DNA of 64,000 nt. It comes from Klebsormidium nitens. Its lineage: Eukaryota; Plantae; Klebsormidiophyceae. This document shows, piece after piece, positions 13,360 through 25,106 of this stretch. The position numbers and the translations under genes are program-made. The stretch is from NCBI GenBank assembly GCA_000708835.1, contig DF237100.1, positions 71,660 to 135,659 of the forward strand. Reading direction: 5' to 3'. The notes under the pieces are model-generated. The model was not told the DNA's origin, searched no databases, and saw only the letters and a list, made by a program, of their open reading frames with translations. Each line of letters begins with the position of its first letter. Within the stretch, counting starts at the first letter, position 1.

Positions 13360-16300
13360 ATGGAAAGCGCTGTGGCGTCCCTTCAATCTGTGGGCTCTTT
13401 TCGTGTAGGGGTGTCCAACAAGAATGCCTGTCCACGTTGCGCTCAGCATTTGGAGATAGTGCAGTCCCTCTCCCAGAGAGGATTGAGGCGCCCCCGCTGG
13501 TCTCCATCAAGTTTCAGCATCGACCCCTCGTTCGGGCGTCTGTATATCCTTTGTACTCATCAATCAAGGACAGAAGAGCCTGCTATTTTGAAAATGGGCA
13601 CAGGTGCTACCCAAACAGGTATGGTTGGAGCGCAGGTCTCGAGTAGCAGGTCCGCTGCTTCGGAGGCAAATGCTGAAAGTAGTGGCGAGAGCGCTAGGCA
13701 AAGGGACAGTGGATTGATGCTGACTGGGACAGTGCGCGAAGGCGCACTTGACTTGTCTCGTGACGACATGTGTGCATCTGCCACCACCAATCCATCGCCA
13801 CTTGTCGGAAACCCACTTGACAACCGAGAAGTGACGGGGTCAGGAGACGGGACCACCGGCGAACGAGGAGTCAGTGGAATTGTCGCGGATGCTTCCAATT
13901 CACAGAGCCACCTAGACCAAGAAATGTATGCATCCACTTTGGGCCAAAGTGGTCAGGAGGACTTCTCAGAGGAAGCGCCTGCTCCTTTTAAAGGCGCTGC
14001 CCATAACAACGAAAGCATTGGTGAGCATCTAGACCTTGTCGATGATGTACCCGAGGGGCACACGGAGTTGAGAAGCTTTGGGCAGTGGGGGGAGGAGCCA
14101 AGACGGCCTGCTAAAAGAAGCAAGCGCAAGCAGTACGTCTGGCCCGAGCTTAGGACAGCAGAGAACGAGGAGCCTGATTACGAGTACCTGGAAGTAGACC
14201 CTTCGGAGCTTCCCGAGCGGCGAACGAGCTCGCAGAAGGCGTCGAGCAGCGGGCGTGCCATAAAATACACCGCCCCAAAGGCGAAAAACAGGGGTCAGAA
14301 AAGCACGGCCAGTGTCAAGAGGGAGCCCAGTGCGGCGGCCCAGGCGTGCTTGACACTGCTGAGCGAGTACCAAGATCCGGGATACTTGCCATACGAGGAG
14401 TTTCGGGACACGTTGAGGGAGTGGGTGAACGAGCAGGCGCCGAGGAGGGCAGACGGAATGGACGTGCTAAGGGCGCTGCTAGACTACCGGGAAACGCAGG
14501 TGTTTATCAGAGTGAGTGGAAGGAGGATATCCAACGAAGATGTCAGTGACTGTTGAAGGTAGATCGAGCGATGCAGACCCTTCAGATGCACAGTTTTACA
14601 CAGAGGGAGAGTGGGAAGTTAAGAGGCAGATGAACGAAAATGTTGTGAGGAACCGAGGACATGTGAACGAGAATTATGTGAATTCTGAGAAGGCAGCACT
14701 CACTCGAGATTGCTTCTGCTCTCAGGCATGGTTCGTCAGCTCTTCGAGATCCGAGCTTGAATGCCTTTTGGCTTCTTTGCTAGCTATTCGCAGAAGCGCA
14801 CCTTGCATGGCCCAGTTCATTCCCCCCATAAAATCCGCCTGCTTGTGGTCCGGGTCTTGTCTGTAGAAGGCTGGAATGTCCAGCAACCTGTCACTTCCGT
14901 ATTGTTTCAAGGTCAAAACGAAAGTGCTCTCGTCAGGTATTGAGCGTGCGCCCTGATTCATTCCGTAGGTGGCGGAGCACTTTATGAAAGAGGGGTGGTT
15001 CCGGTCCAACCTGGCCGACCACAACAAGCTGCTCAATGTGTTCGTCAAGAACGGCTTTTTTCTGAAGGCCGAAAACCGCTACCGCAAAATGCTCTCAAAA
15101 GGTGGGCCGATTTCCTGCAGTGAAGGAGCGGAGGAGATTATCTCTTAAGTTTGCACTGTGTTTGTAGATGCTGTTGGGAAGTGGTCGTGTCGGAGGTAGA
15201 AGTCTCTCTTACTGACCTTGAGGTTTCGTTAGCATTTCGCGACGACATTCTTACAAGAATCCGAACGGAGGTCCAGTGGAAATCGCTCTTGTGTGCGGCT
15301 TCTCTATCTGCTTCTCCCCCTTTTCACTTAGAAAGGACGTAAAGTAATGCACTTAGAAAGGACATGAAGTAAGATAATGTCAGGAAAAACTGGAGATCCA
15401 GTGTTTCTCAAGCCTTCTTGTGGCTACTCCAAAAGTAGAGTGGCTTCAGAGTTTATCCTCCCAAACTCCCCGCTGAACCGACATCACTCACTTTTAAACT
15501 TTTGAACCGTCCAGGTATCCAGCCAGACCGCACGACCTACACTCTGATGATCCAGCACTACGGGCTGTGGAAGAGGCCGGACCGCGCAGAAGAGCTGTTC
15601 CTGGAGATGAAGACCAGAAACATACATCCAAACGAGGACACGTTCGTTGCGCTCATGGGGGCGCTGACAAAGGTGAGGCCGGACTTTCCCTCGGCTTACA
15701 GATCCACCTCATTGTTGTTACGATAACAAGAAGTTGTATTGTACGTGCGCCATGTCTCTCAAAGCTTTGCCGTCTGCATTTCGATCTTAGACTTGGAGTC
15801 AAACCGGGGGTGAGCCGGATTTTAACCGAAGTATGTCGTCCTGACCAGCCTCTCTATCGGACCTGGATTGTGACGATCAAAGTGCATGTACCCGGCAGAA
15901 CGAATGTAACGGAGAGCGTCATCCGAGCAGCAACGTTACTTACTCCGGTTCCTATCCTCTTGCTTTACCCTTGCCATGCCACAGGGTTCGCTTCGGGTCT
16001 CCTCTACTGGAGGCGCGTCTTATTCCTCTGAACTGTTGTTCCTGGCTAAACAAGAAGGCGGACTCTTAGTCTGGTTATCTTTCAACCAAGTTGGTTCGAT
16101 ATGTTAACCAAGATTGGTTAGTTTTGTAATCACAAAATTTCGGTTCTTTTCCTGGCAGGCGGGCCGGTTGGTGGAGGCAGAGCGGCTGCTCAAGTCGATG
16201 CGCAAGTCGCGGTGTCCCCGGGGGCCAGCCGCTTACGTCACGCTGATGGAGGCGTACGGCCGTGAAGAAGAGCCCGAGGAGGCGGAGCGCGTCTTCCTCA

Positions 16301-18472
16301 TGCTGCAAGCGGACGGTAACTCTGCAATTGTCCGAAATGTTGTACGGCGTTTTTGTTTATTCCTTGCCGTCTAATAGGTTGTTCGCACCTGAATTTTATT
16401 TTGACGCCGTCGACGGACCACTCCGTCGACGGACTTCCTACAATTCGACGGAAACACCCGGTTGTTCGCAGTGTCATCTTTCCGTCGACGGACCGTCGAC
16501 GATCTGTCAAAAATCTGCTCGGAAACGCGGGCTATCGCAAGCGACGGAGTCCGTCGGCGGACACTGCTCCGTCGACGGGGAGTTGGGACCTACCAATCTT
16601 TCCGTCGCAGCCGTCGATGCTCCGTCGACGCGCCTTCCGAAGTTTAACGGAAAATAATCGCCGCCGTCGCCGCCGTCAACAAATTTTCCCTAGTGCGAAC
16701 AACCTATCAGCATGACTGTTTCATTTCGCGTCATCACCACGAGCGCTCTCCGCCCTACACGCAATTGTATGGGGAAGGGCACGGTGAAGGGCAAAAGTGA
16801 CTTCGCTCTTCAATCAAGGGTACTTCCGAAACCTGGCCGAGCTGTTGTTGAGGGACACTGGTCCGAGGTTCTTCGCGGCGGGACGCTTCGATCTTTGACT
16901 GTTGCGAGCGCGTGCCTAAGATTAACAGGTGGTGCGCGCCCTTCGACAGCCGTTCGGCCGTTCAGTTGCACCGGACCTCGGTTGAGGGAATTCTAAGACC
17001 TGCATTGAACACTTACAAAGGCCTGCACTTTCACGCCCTGGAAAGTTCCCCACACTTTCCGCATCGACTTCACAACCGTCACTGTCTGTCGCTTCTATTC
17101 CACAGTTTCTAGCTTCAGGCTTTCGCGATTTTTACGTTTCTACTATCTCCCTATGACTAATTTCTATCTTCTAACCCACTCCCGTTACTCTTCCAGGGAT
17201 CCCCTTGGACCGCGCCGCATATCTGGGCCTGATGCACGTGTACTCGGACCTGCGGAAGCCGCACCACGTGGAGCGCGTGTTTCGGGACATGCTCGCGCAG
17301 CGCATCCTGCCGGACGAGACTTCATACCTAGTTCTTATCGACAGCTACCGCGCCGCGGGGCTCGGGAAGAACTGCGAGCGGCTCATGGAGGAGATGAAGG
17401 TGGGCGCTAGCAGCTGATTCTTCGGTTTAATAGAACCGTTTACAAAGCTCCTCGATGTTCAGCTTCGTCCACTGCTTTGCTTACTGAGTCTTTCGGATCA
17501 AGCAGGAGAGCGGTCAAAGGTGTGGTACGAAGCTTCTTTACCTGCTCAGGAGGAGTGTTCGATCATTCCTTATACGGAAACGGGCGCCGAAGCGTATGGC
17601 TCAAGCCGAGTCGGGAGCGTTTACAGATCCAATTTACTTGTTCCTGAGGTTTGGGATGCGAAGTCTTTTCCTAATAGGAAGGGGAGCTGGCATCGGCTAG
17701 CCGCGGCCGGTTATGTGTTGTTTACGGAAGTACTTGCGTAGGGGTTTCTGAGATAGGATGCCGCAAGCATTGATATGGATATAAGCACTGATGCAGTTCA
17801 AACGCAGCCCTTGTTCTTATTCCGACTTGAGTCACCCGTCTCTCTATGTTACTCCGACACCCGAGCCTTCGTGACTCGTCCCGGTCTTTTCCGCAGCTGC
17901 TGGGGCTCTCCCCGTACAAGGCCGCCGCTCTCATCATGGAGGCGTACGGCAAGGAGCAGCTCTTCTCCGAGGCCGAGCGCATTCTCACCGACCTCCAAGC
18001 CACCACCGGACGTAAGCCTGGCGTCATGCACTACAACGCGCTGCTCGCGAGCTACGGCCGGCACGGCCTCCACAAGGACGCCATGAAGGTCTTCGACTGG
18101 ATGACGTCAGCGGGCGTGGCGCTCAACCAGCGGAGCCACGTGTTGATCCTGGATCTGTTCGACCGCACGGGGCGGAAGGCGAACCTCCGGGCGGCGTTCC
18201 GGGCGATGCAGTCCGACGGATTCGGGTTGGAGTTTGAGGTGGCGCAAGAAGCGGTGAACGATTACCGGGCGTCGATTGCGGAGTACGAACTAGAGGCGGA
18301 GGAAGAGCGGGAAGAACGGTTGAGGAAACGGGCGGAGCGCACGGCGCGGTTCATGGAGAAGTGGGACACGTGGAGCCGCGAGCTGGACGAACTAGACGCG
18401 GAGATCGCGGAGGTGGAGCTCGCGGCGGAGCGGCGGATGGACAAGTGGGCGGACCGCACGCGCACGTACTAG
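13360..18472 (+). CDS. P-class pentatricopeptide repeat protein with 9 PPR motifs, probably organellar. Exons 13360-14499, (possible micro-exon near 14594), 14970-15102, 15515-15672, 16159-16315, 17197-17399, 17897-18472
   Basis: The spliced product gives nine consecutive ~35-aa motifs, for example DRTTYTLMIQHYGLWKRPDRAEELFLEMKTRNIHP and GVMHYNALLASYGRHGLHKDAMKVFDWMTSAGVAL. It also has a long low-complexity N-terminus and a charged C-terminal tail. Confidence 0.9.
15325..15372 (+). repeat. Short tandem duplication (period 25 bp) in a PPR intron
   Basis: CACTTAGAAAGGACGTAAAGTAA at 15325 is repeated as CACTTAGAAAGGACATGAAGTAA at 15350. Confidence 0.8.
16407..16695 (-). mobile_element. CACTA (En/Spm)-like transposon terminus with subterminal palindromic repeats, inside a PPR intron; solo end
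   Basis: Perfect CCGTCGACGG palindromes at 16407, 16423, 16482 and 16569, plus about 8 degenerate copies. The array ends in TTTTCCCTAGTG (16684-16695), the reverse complement of CACTAGGGAAAA. Confidence 0.65.
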
Positions 18473-20074
18473 CGATGAATGGCGGCGTGTACTTACGTCA
18501 GCGGAAGAGCTGTTACTCTCGAGGGGGACGGACAGAAGGGCGGCGCGCATGCGGGGTAATCCTGCATCCGTACGAGCTGAGGGTGTTGCAGAGTGTTTTG
18601 GGTGTTCAAGAGCTAGCCGACGGGTGCGGCAGGCCAGTTTCAATACGCCATGCTCTGAAGTGTGGGACGGCTGTTCTCGATACTTAAGACGTTCACCGGC
18701 GACCTTTATCAGCCGAGTCGACTATCTGATCACGCAGTGGCGGACGGCGCTTGCTGTTGCATGAGGCATCCAGCTTTTCAGTCCCGCATGTGCATTGGCG
18801 GCCGCTTGCCAAGAAAGTCAGTGCAGAACAATGGTCAATTTGCCACGACATGCCGGTTCATCGGAACAGTAGCTGCAGAGCCCGTGCAAGCCCGCGCACC
18901 TAGATGTGGCCCGCATCGCGCTAGCTAAGGGCCGGACCCATGTCAATGCTTATTGAAGAAGCCATCAATCCGCCCAGTCGGCCGACATTCAATTTGCCAT
19001 TCAGCTACGTTTTCTATATATTCGATGACTCGAGTCGTTTGGTTGATTATCAACAGGTATGCATCACGGATTTCACAGATCAACGATATGGCCCGCGGCC
19101 GCGCTCGACGAGATGTGATCTTATTGTCCTGGGCCATGCGGGAATTCCATGCGTCAATGATGCTGCGGGATGCCAAAAGAACGCGTGCCAGTATACTTAA
19201 AATTTCTCTTATTGTCAGACTTACACCCACACCGTTGTTTAGCAAGGTGCCAGGTTGCCCACGGCAATCACCAGCTCGCAATCCGATCGTACACGACAGT
19301 CTACTTCTGCATGTTCGACTGATGTCTTGCCAGATTGCAATGAGGGCCATAATCCCCTGGTCACGAATATTGTGAGTCCAACAAATGCATGTGCAGGCAG
19401 CTGCTGCATCTCGATATGCGCAGCAGTAAGACCTGAAACCTGAGAACCTCGCTGTCTCGTCTGTGCCTACGCGATTCGTTGACGAGCTTCAGCAACTAGT
19501 GTTGACCTCACTCATGCCCATAGACAATGTTCGAATCTTCCGGGCGACAAGCCCTGCTGACACGTCACCTAGACGCAGGGCTGCTAATCTGATCCAGTGC
19601 TTGCTTCTTCTTTTCGAGAGCTCTGGCAGTGAGTTGTTCTATCCAGGTTTGCGCACGCTTTGGCCGGTTGACCCAACGCAGCTCAGCCGGGTGGAACTTC
19701 ATGGCTTCAACCTGCGGATAAAAGAGGTCGCAGCACTGAAGAAAAGCCTTCCAAAAAGAAAGGAGAGGGTCGAAAGTAACACAGCACCTCAACGTATACG
19801 AAGGAGCTTCAGGGTTGGACACGCTGGCACTGAAACCTGGGTAGAACTTCATAATAAGACCTCTTTGGTCAGAAAAAGCAAGATTGGTCTTCAAACTCAC
19901 AAATGCCAAGCTTCAACATCCTGAAACATGAAGACAGCCAAACTGCAACGTATTCGATCAACACTCCGAGCCACTCAGACGAGCGTCATGAGGATCTTGA
20001 AGGCCCTCGCTTCTTTGTCAGAGTTAGAAACGATGAAAACGTGCACATCTGTCGCTCCAAGAAGGGCGGTGCAG

Positions 20075-22706
20075 TCATGCGACGGAAGGTTCAGCAACAA
20101 CAAGCGCGGTTCGCTGGGAGTCGATATAGCTCCCTAAAACAAGCAGCCTGGGCGACATTGATCGAAGCTCACTCCTTCGAACCGGGCGCTTCAGGATATA
20201 AAATGCGTCTGCACGAAGCTTGGAGGGCTCAGGTCCATCGTCAGTGCAAGGCTCTGCGGCAACTCACCTTTCTCAGCTTCTCTGCCTTTGGAGCTTCGAG
20301 CTCTTTGAGAATGACGGTGAGGTGCGCCCGCCGCCGTTTCCGGACCCCGCTGCGCCCTTTGGCGTGGTACGACAGCCGCTTCAGGTGCTGCCCGTGGCCG
20401 ACAAAGCATTTCTCTACAGAGGAATCACGAAAAGGTTTGCTCATTTGACAAGCCGCCAGTTGTGCAATACATACCGTAGTTCGGATCCCCTCAGAGCCAA
20501 TGCGTTAATGAGAAGATCTACAGTGGCAGCTGATTGGGCAGCTTTGCTACACAAAGCGCTCCTCCAAGTTGCACCCGAGCTTTCTTATGCTGACGTAGAC
20601 TGGACGAATCTTTCAGAGATATGAGCGATGACAAAGCAACTTGCTGCAATGAAACAGCTCAAGCCGAAAAGCAACCCACTCGTACAGAGGCAGCAAGGCA
20701 CCATGACAGCCCCATCCTTCTAATACGACGCAAGTCCGCAGGTAAAGAAGGAAAGCCCACCTATAACAAGTCGCTCCGTATCCATGTTGTGCGAGTGGCC
20801 GGCGTTTGCCCGAGCAGAATGGATGGCCTGGGGGAATGAGCGAATTCTTGATAAGCAACGCGGCAAAAAATTATCTGACTGAGAGCGAAAGAAGGGCAAT
20901 GCAGCAATTCGTGAGCCAAACCTTCCTAGAGCAAGGTGTGGCAAGGCCAAGCGAGCCAGAATCTGGAACCCGCCTGCTGGAGTGAATCGTAAATTTCTCG
21001 AAGCTGAATCGTACGGAGTCTCTTTGGAGCATCTGAACATTGTGCCATGTTTCAGAGTTTTGACCGCTCTTTACAGCAGGCGGGCACTGGCAGTCACACC
21101 TGTAAGCAATAGATAACCGCACACCAGGTCCATGTATATGCGCTTCCAGAAGCTGGCTTTTGGTTGCTCATGTGGGCTCCGGGACTGCCGTGTCTAATAT
21201 GGTGGTAGTACGAAGCCTGCAGCAACGGCAATTCCCCGCCTACTCCGATACATTTCAGTGCTACTACTCCTCACCTTGTAGACTGGAATAGCCGCCCTCT
21301 TCGGAGACGCCTCCAGCTGGTCCAGCGCCTCTTGCACACTCATCCCCCTCACCACTTTTGCCACCAGGTTCAGCTTGTAGGGGCTCATGGGTAGGCCTTT
21401 GGCAACGCACTGGGCCCTCTTGGCTTCTTGCTCTGGGTCGAGGGCGTCATCTAAGGTCTTGACAGGGCTTGGGAGCATTTGGAGGGGGGAGGGGACAGGC
21501 CGGGGGGCTTCGGTGGCGAACCCAACCTGTTGAAAAGAAGGGGCATATTACTGTGAAGGGTGGGTTAATCATTTCACAGGATCCCTAGGCTCTCAATCTG
21601 CCTTGTAGCAAAGAGGGAATCGAGCTCTTGCCCAGTCCAGTGGTGGTGGAGCGGGCTTGGTCGAGAACAGGACTTCTGCTCATTTCCAAGGCCGCTTACC
21701 TCAAGATAGGATTCGGAGTTCATTCGAAAGGACGCTGAACCCCACTCGTTGCTCCGAGGTGAGCCAGATTGGGACTGATAAAAGGCCACAGCGGACACCT
21801 CAATCTGATTACATTCGGTTTGTCAAAAGTGGAGACTGACACTTTCTGAGTTGATTCACTGAGCAACCAGTGTGAGGATCACCTGTACCAGAACAGGACC
21901 ATCGGATACGGTGTGGCATCACATGTCTACAATGACAGGGTCCGCTCATTACAAGAAATGACTGCTGCATCGTAGTTCAGGAGAAAAAGGGGCGCTGAGC
22001 AGCCCATTTTTCGGTTGAAAAGGAAACAGCATAACTTGTTTGTGTACACAGCCGGAAAACCAGAGCGCAAGGCCTTCTGTCTCAGAGTCTGGTGGCCGCG
22101 GTGTCCAATAACTTTGCCATCCGCTCATCAGCTAGCACCTTGTTGTCTGCCCACAAGTGCTCTAAGAACAGCTTCGGAATCAGACGAACCTGCTCAGAAG
22201 CGACAACCCACCTTCTGTAGGAGTGTGACCGGAGATCGAAAAGCTGTTCCATATCCCAAGTTTGCTTGGCACAATCCGAGCGCTGTCCTCCTCAGCATCC
22301 CATCTGCGTTTGCAACATTGCCCCCATGCATTGAAAACAGCAAGTCTGACCACAGCAGTCTCTTATCTCGGGAGTGCATTGATCTGCCGGATGCGGCATT
22401 CTCCGCCGACCCATTCACAAATTGGACGTCCGTCCCTTGTGATCTGTCCTCAACTACAAATGTAGCCGAATTATTTGCTGATCGGTCCGTGCTCCCCCCA
22501 CTGCAAGTCGCTTGACCACCACTCCATCGCCTCTCCCAATCATCAGACTCCGCTTTTTCACTACTTCTGTGCAACTTGGAGATTTCAAAAGTCTCCGCAA
22601 CAGTGATAATGGTCTTGTTCCGCCACAATGCGCTGCCCTGCAGAAGCGTAAGAAGATTCTCCTTGGTTGGCTGGAAGGACAAACGAAGCGAACGAATGCC
22701 CATCAT
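20075..22706 (-). CDS. RPL22: Organellar (probably mitochondrial) ribosomal protein uL22. Core exons 21526-21275, 20827-20761, 20413-20268. The N-terminal exons (from ATG 22706) and the last exon (stop about 20075) are tentative
   Basis: Core: KRAQCVAKGLPMSPYKLNLVAKVVRGMSVQEALDQLEASPKRAAIPVYK|AIHSARANAGHSHNMDTERLVI|EKCFVGHGQHLKRLSYHAKGRSGVRKRRRAHLTVILKE, the bacterial-type L22 signature. Mitochondrial assignment is inferred because plastid rpl22 is usually plastome-encoded in algae. Confidence 0.85.
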
Positions 22707-23391
22707 TGTGTGCCGCTGCCTGTAACTCTCAAGCCCGCAATCAGCTGAGCACTGGCGTCCAGGGTTGCAGTGACAGCATGTGATGCGACTTTGCTCGCCC
22801 CTCTTGTAATAAGCGCCCGCCGCAGCTCACACTTTTGTCCCCTCGCTTTGAGGCACACCTAGACTCCTAAGAAACTTGCCCCATGCTAGATTCTCGCCTT
22901 GTACCACCTTGGAATCAAGAGGAAGCTCAAGAAGTTGCGAGCTGCGAATCAGCCTGCGATCTCATGTTCAAAAGTTCCACAGTCCGGCTCTGACCGGCAA
23001 AGGCTGGGAGAGTTGCCCTGAAGGTTGACACAGCTCAACAGTAAAGCCCGGATGGTGCGAACGATCCGTAGATGGTGTCAAGATTGTGCTGAGAATGCTT
23101 GCAGAGGCCTGCTCTGTAGAGTAGCTCATCCTTCCAAGTTTCAATGCAGCCTTCTGACATTTCCACAGGGTTGGAAAGCGACTGCCCCATGGTCCGCCCC
23201 TTTGCACGGGTCGATCAATGACAGTTGGTCTTCTGGGCACCTAGTGCACTTCCCCCTGCCAGCTCTCCAGCAGCAATGAGAAAACTGGGAACATGCCGGG
23301 CAGCTGAAAAACCAGGTGACGCGCAGCTGACAACACGCAATCGCTGACTTCACAGAAGCCGAAGACAGCGTCACCAAGAAGGGGTTTGCCA

Positions 23392-24625
23392 ATGAGCTCT
23401 TTCGATTCCTTGCAGAGTGTGGAACAGGTGCGCCCAACCCATCCTGTTGTCAAAAGCTCACAACCATGGGTTCACTTGACACTCAATGCTGGATGTTTGA
23501 TGAGCCCCGTTTGAGCTCCGTCAATCTCTCTCTGATTTGCTGAAGTAGCTCTCCAGTTCGGTATAAGGAGTGTCGTTTTGCCTGCACTTTAATCAGGACA
23601 TACTGCTGGCTTCCTGAAAGGTTCTGCTTGGGGCATATCGATGCAGTGAACCGGTATCTAATGACTTAGAGCCTTTTGGATGAATCAAGTTGTGTCTCCA
23701 ACAGTGTGACTAAGCTGTCTCCTGAGCATTCTGCAGCGAGTCATCCGTGTGGTCAACATTGCCGCCACTGTCATGGAGGAGATGAGCAGCACCAGCGGGC
23801 CTCGGCAGGATAGAGTGACATCGTTGTGCTCAGAGTTCATGTCAGAGATCAAGGTGAGATTGGCCAAATCCACTTTGATCGAAGGCTCGATTGCTCTGAA
23901 GAACTCCACCACACAACAAATTTAGAAGGATGGTCATCGGGATGCTGGACCCTTTCACCACAAAGACAAGCACGATTATCCTCCCTCAATTCTTGAATAC
24001 GTTAACACATGTCAACAAGTCTCTGTGACTCCAGTCAGTCTGTGGAATGAAAAGGCTTTGAGAACTACTCATGGTACAGATGACAGAGCAACTCTCTGGA
24101 GAGGTTTGTAAGGGAGTGGATGTTATAGAAGCGAAAGCTTCCAACCTGGCCCACCAGCTGTTGCAAAGTCTTGTGGAAGGAACATTGAGATTGATAGTTT
24201 ACAACACTGTCATCGACTTTGACTAACATTTTTGAGGGCTAAGCAAAGGCATCAAGTTCAACAATCCTGATGTCGGACCTGTTGCTGGACCAACGATCAC
24301 TGTCCAAGATCGTTGAGCCTGCATGTTGTTCTCGAACTCAGTACGGCATTGCCTGCAGGAGATACAATCTCGATTGAGGGAGGAGATCAAGAACATGACG
24401 GAGTATAAGCCCTTTGAAAACTGTGACTATGTAAGTCAAGCAAAGTCGACAATAAGTGCAGAAAAAGTTTCGAACTTGCAAAGGCAACTCGAAGAGCTAC
24501 AAAAAGATGTGGGAAGGCGAGAACCTGATGCAAATCTACCGTTAGAGGTGGTGCCATTAAGAACCGAGATATCCAATGGTAACCACAGCCTTCCAATGGA
24601 GCCTGGGGGACGCGAAAGCAGATAG
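23392..24625 (+). CDS. MED11: Mediator of RNA polymerase II transcription subunit 11. Exons 23392-23427, 23737-23853, 24359-24625
   Basis: MSSFDSLQSVEQ|RVIRVVNIAATVMEEMSSTSGPRQDRVTSLCSEFMSEIK|EIQSRLREEIKNMTEYKPFENCDYVSQ... matches plant MED11 motifs (M-E-E-x-x-x-x-S-G-P-R; L-R-E-E-I-K-x-x-x-E-Y-x-P-F-E-x-C-D-Y). All introns are phase 0. Confidence 0.88.
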
Positions 24626-25106
24626 TTCTGGAGCTATGTACCGGTGCGCTGCACCTGAATTTGAATGCACCCTGGTTGGTTGACAATGTCTTGCATCAAC
24701 ACAGCTAGACATGAACATAGGAGGGAGTCGGCAACAAGCATGGAAAAGTCCGGCATGTTGAACTAAAGCAGACCACGTATTGCGGTGTACCGTCCCATGC
24801 CACATGATCATCGCTGTACCGGGCTACATGTCGGATCAGGAAATATCATGATTGCATATATAGGGGTCAGATGTATCGAACAATTCGCTGGCCATGGCTG
24901 GGCAATGTTACGGTACTTAAGGCTTTGGTTGTAAAGCCTATGCACTGGCGAATAGCCGCTGAAGTGTGAGTAACACCGTTAATCCGGAACATGCGAGCCT
25001 CGATCAATCTTTTCATGAAGGAACTTGCGGTCACGCGCTGTCAACGTCACAAGCCCTCGAGCAAAGTAAGGATGTGTTGACGGTTGACAAATCTTCTTTA
25101 TATACA

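Noticed and set aside
16407-16680. CRISPR array interpretation of the CCGTCGACGG repeats
   Set aside because: The repeats are only 10 bp with irregular spacing, no cas genes are present, and the context is a eukaryotic intron.
18880-18903. Helitron-like 3' end (GCCCGTGCAAGCCCGCGC followed by CTAG)
   Set aside because: The hairpin has 2 mismatches in 8, the spacer to CTAG is only 2 nt, and no 5' TC end or Rep/helicase is visible.
23338-23427. Alternative frame QHAIADFTEAEDSVTKKGFANELF upstream of MED11
   Set aside because: It overlaps the true MED11 first exon in another frame, is preceded by a stop, and its donor phase does not fit.
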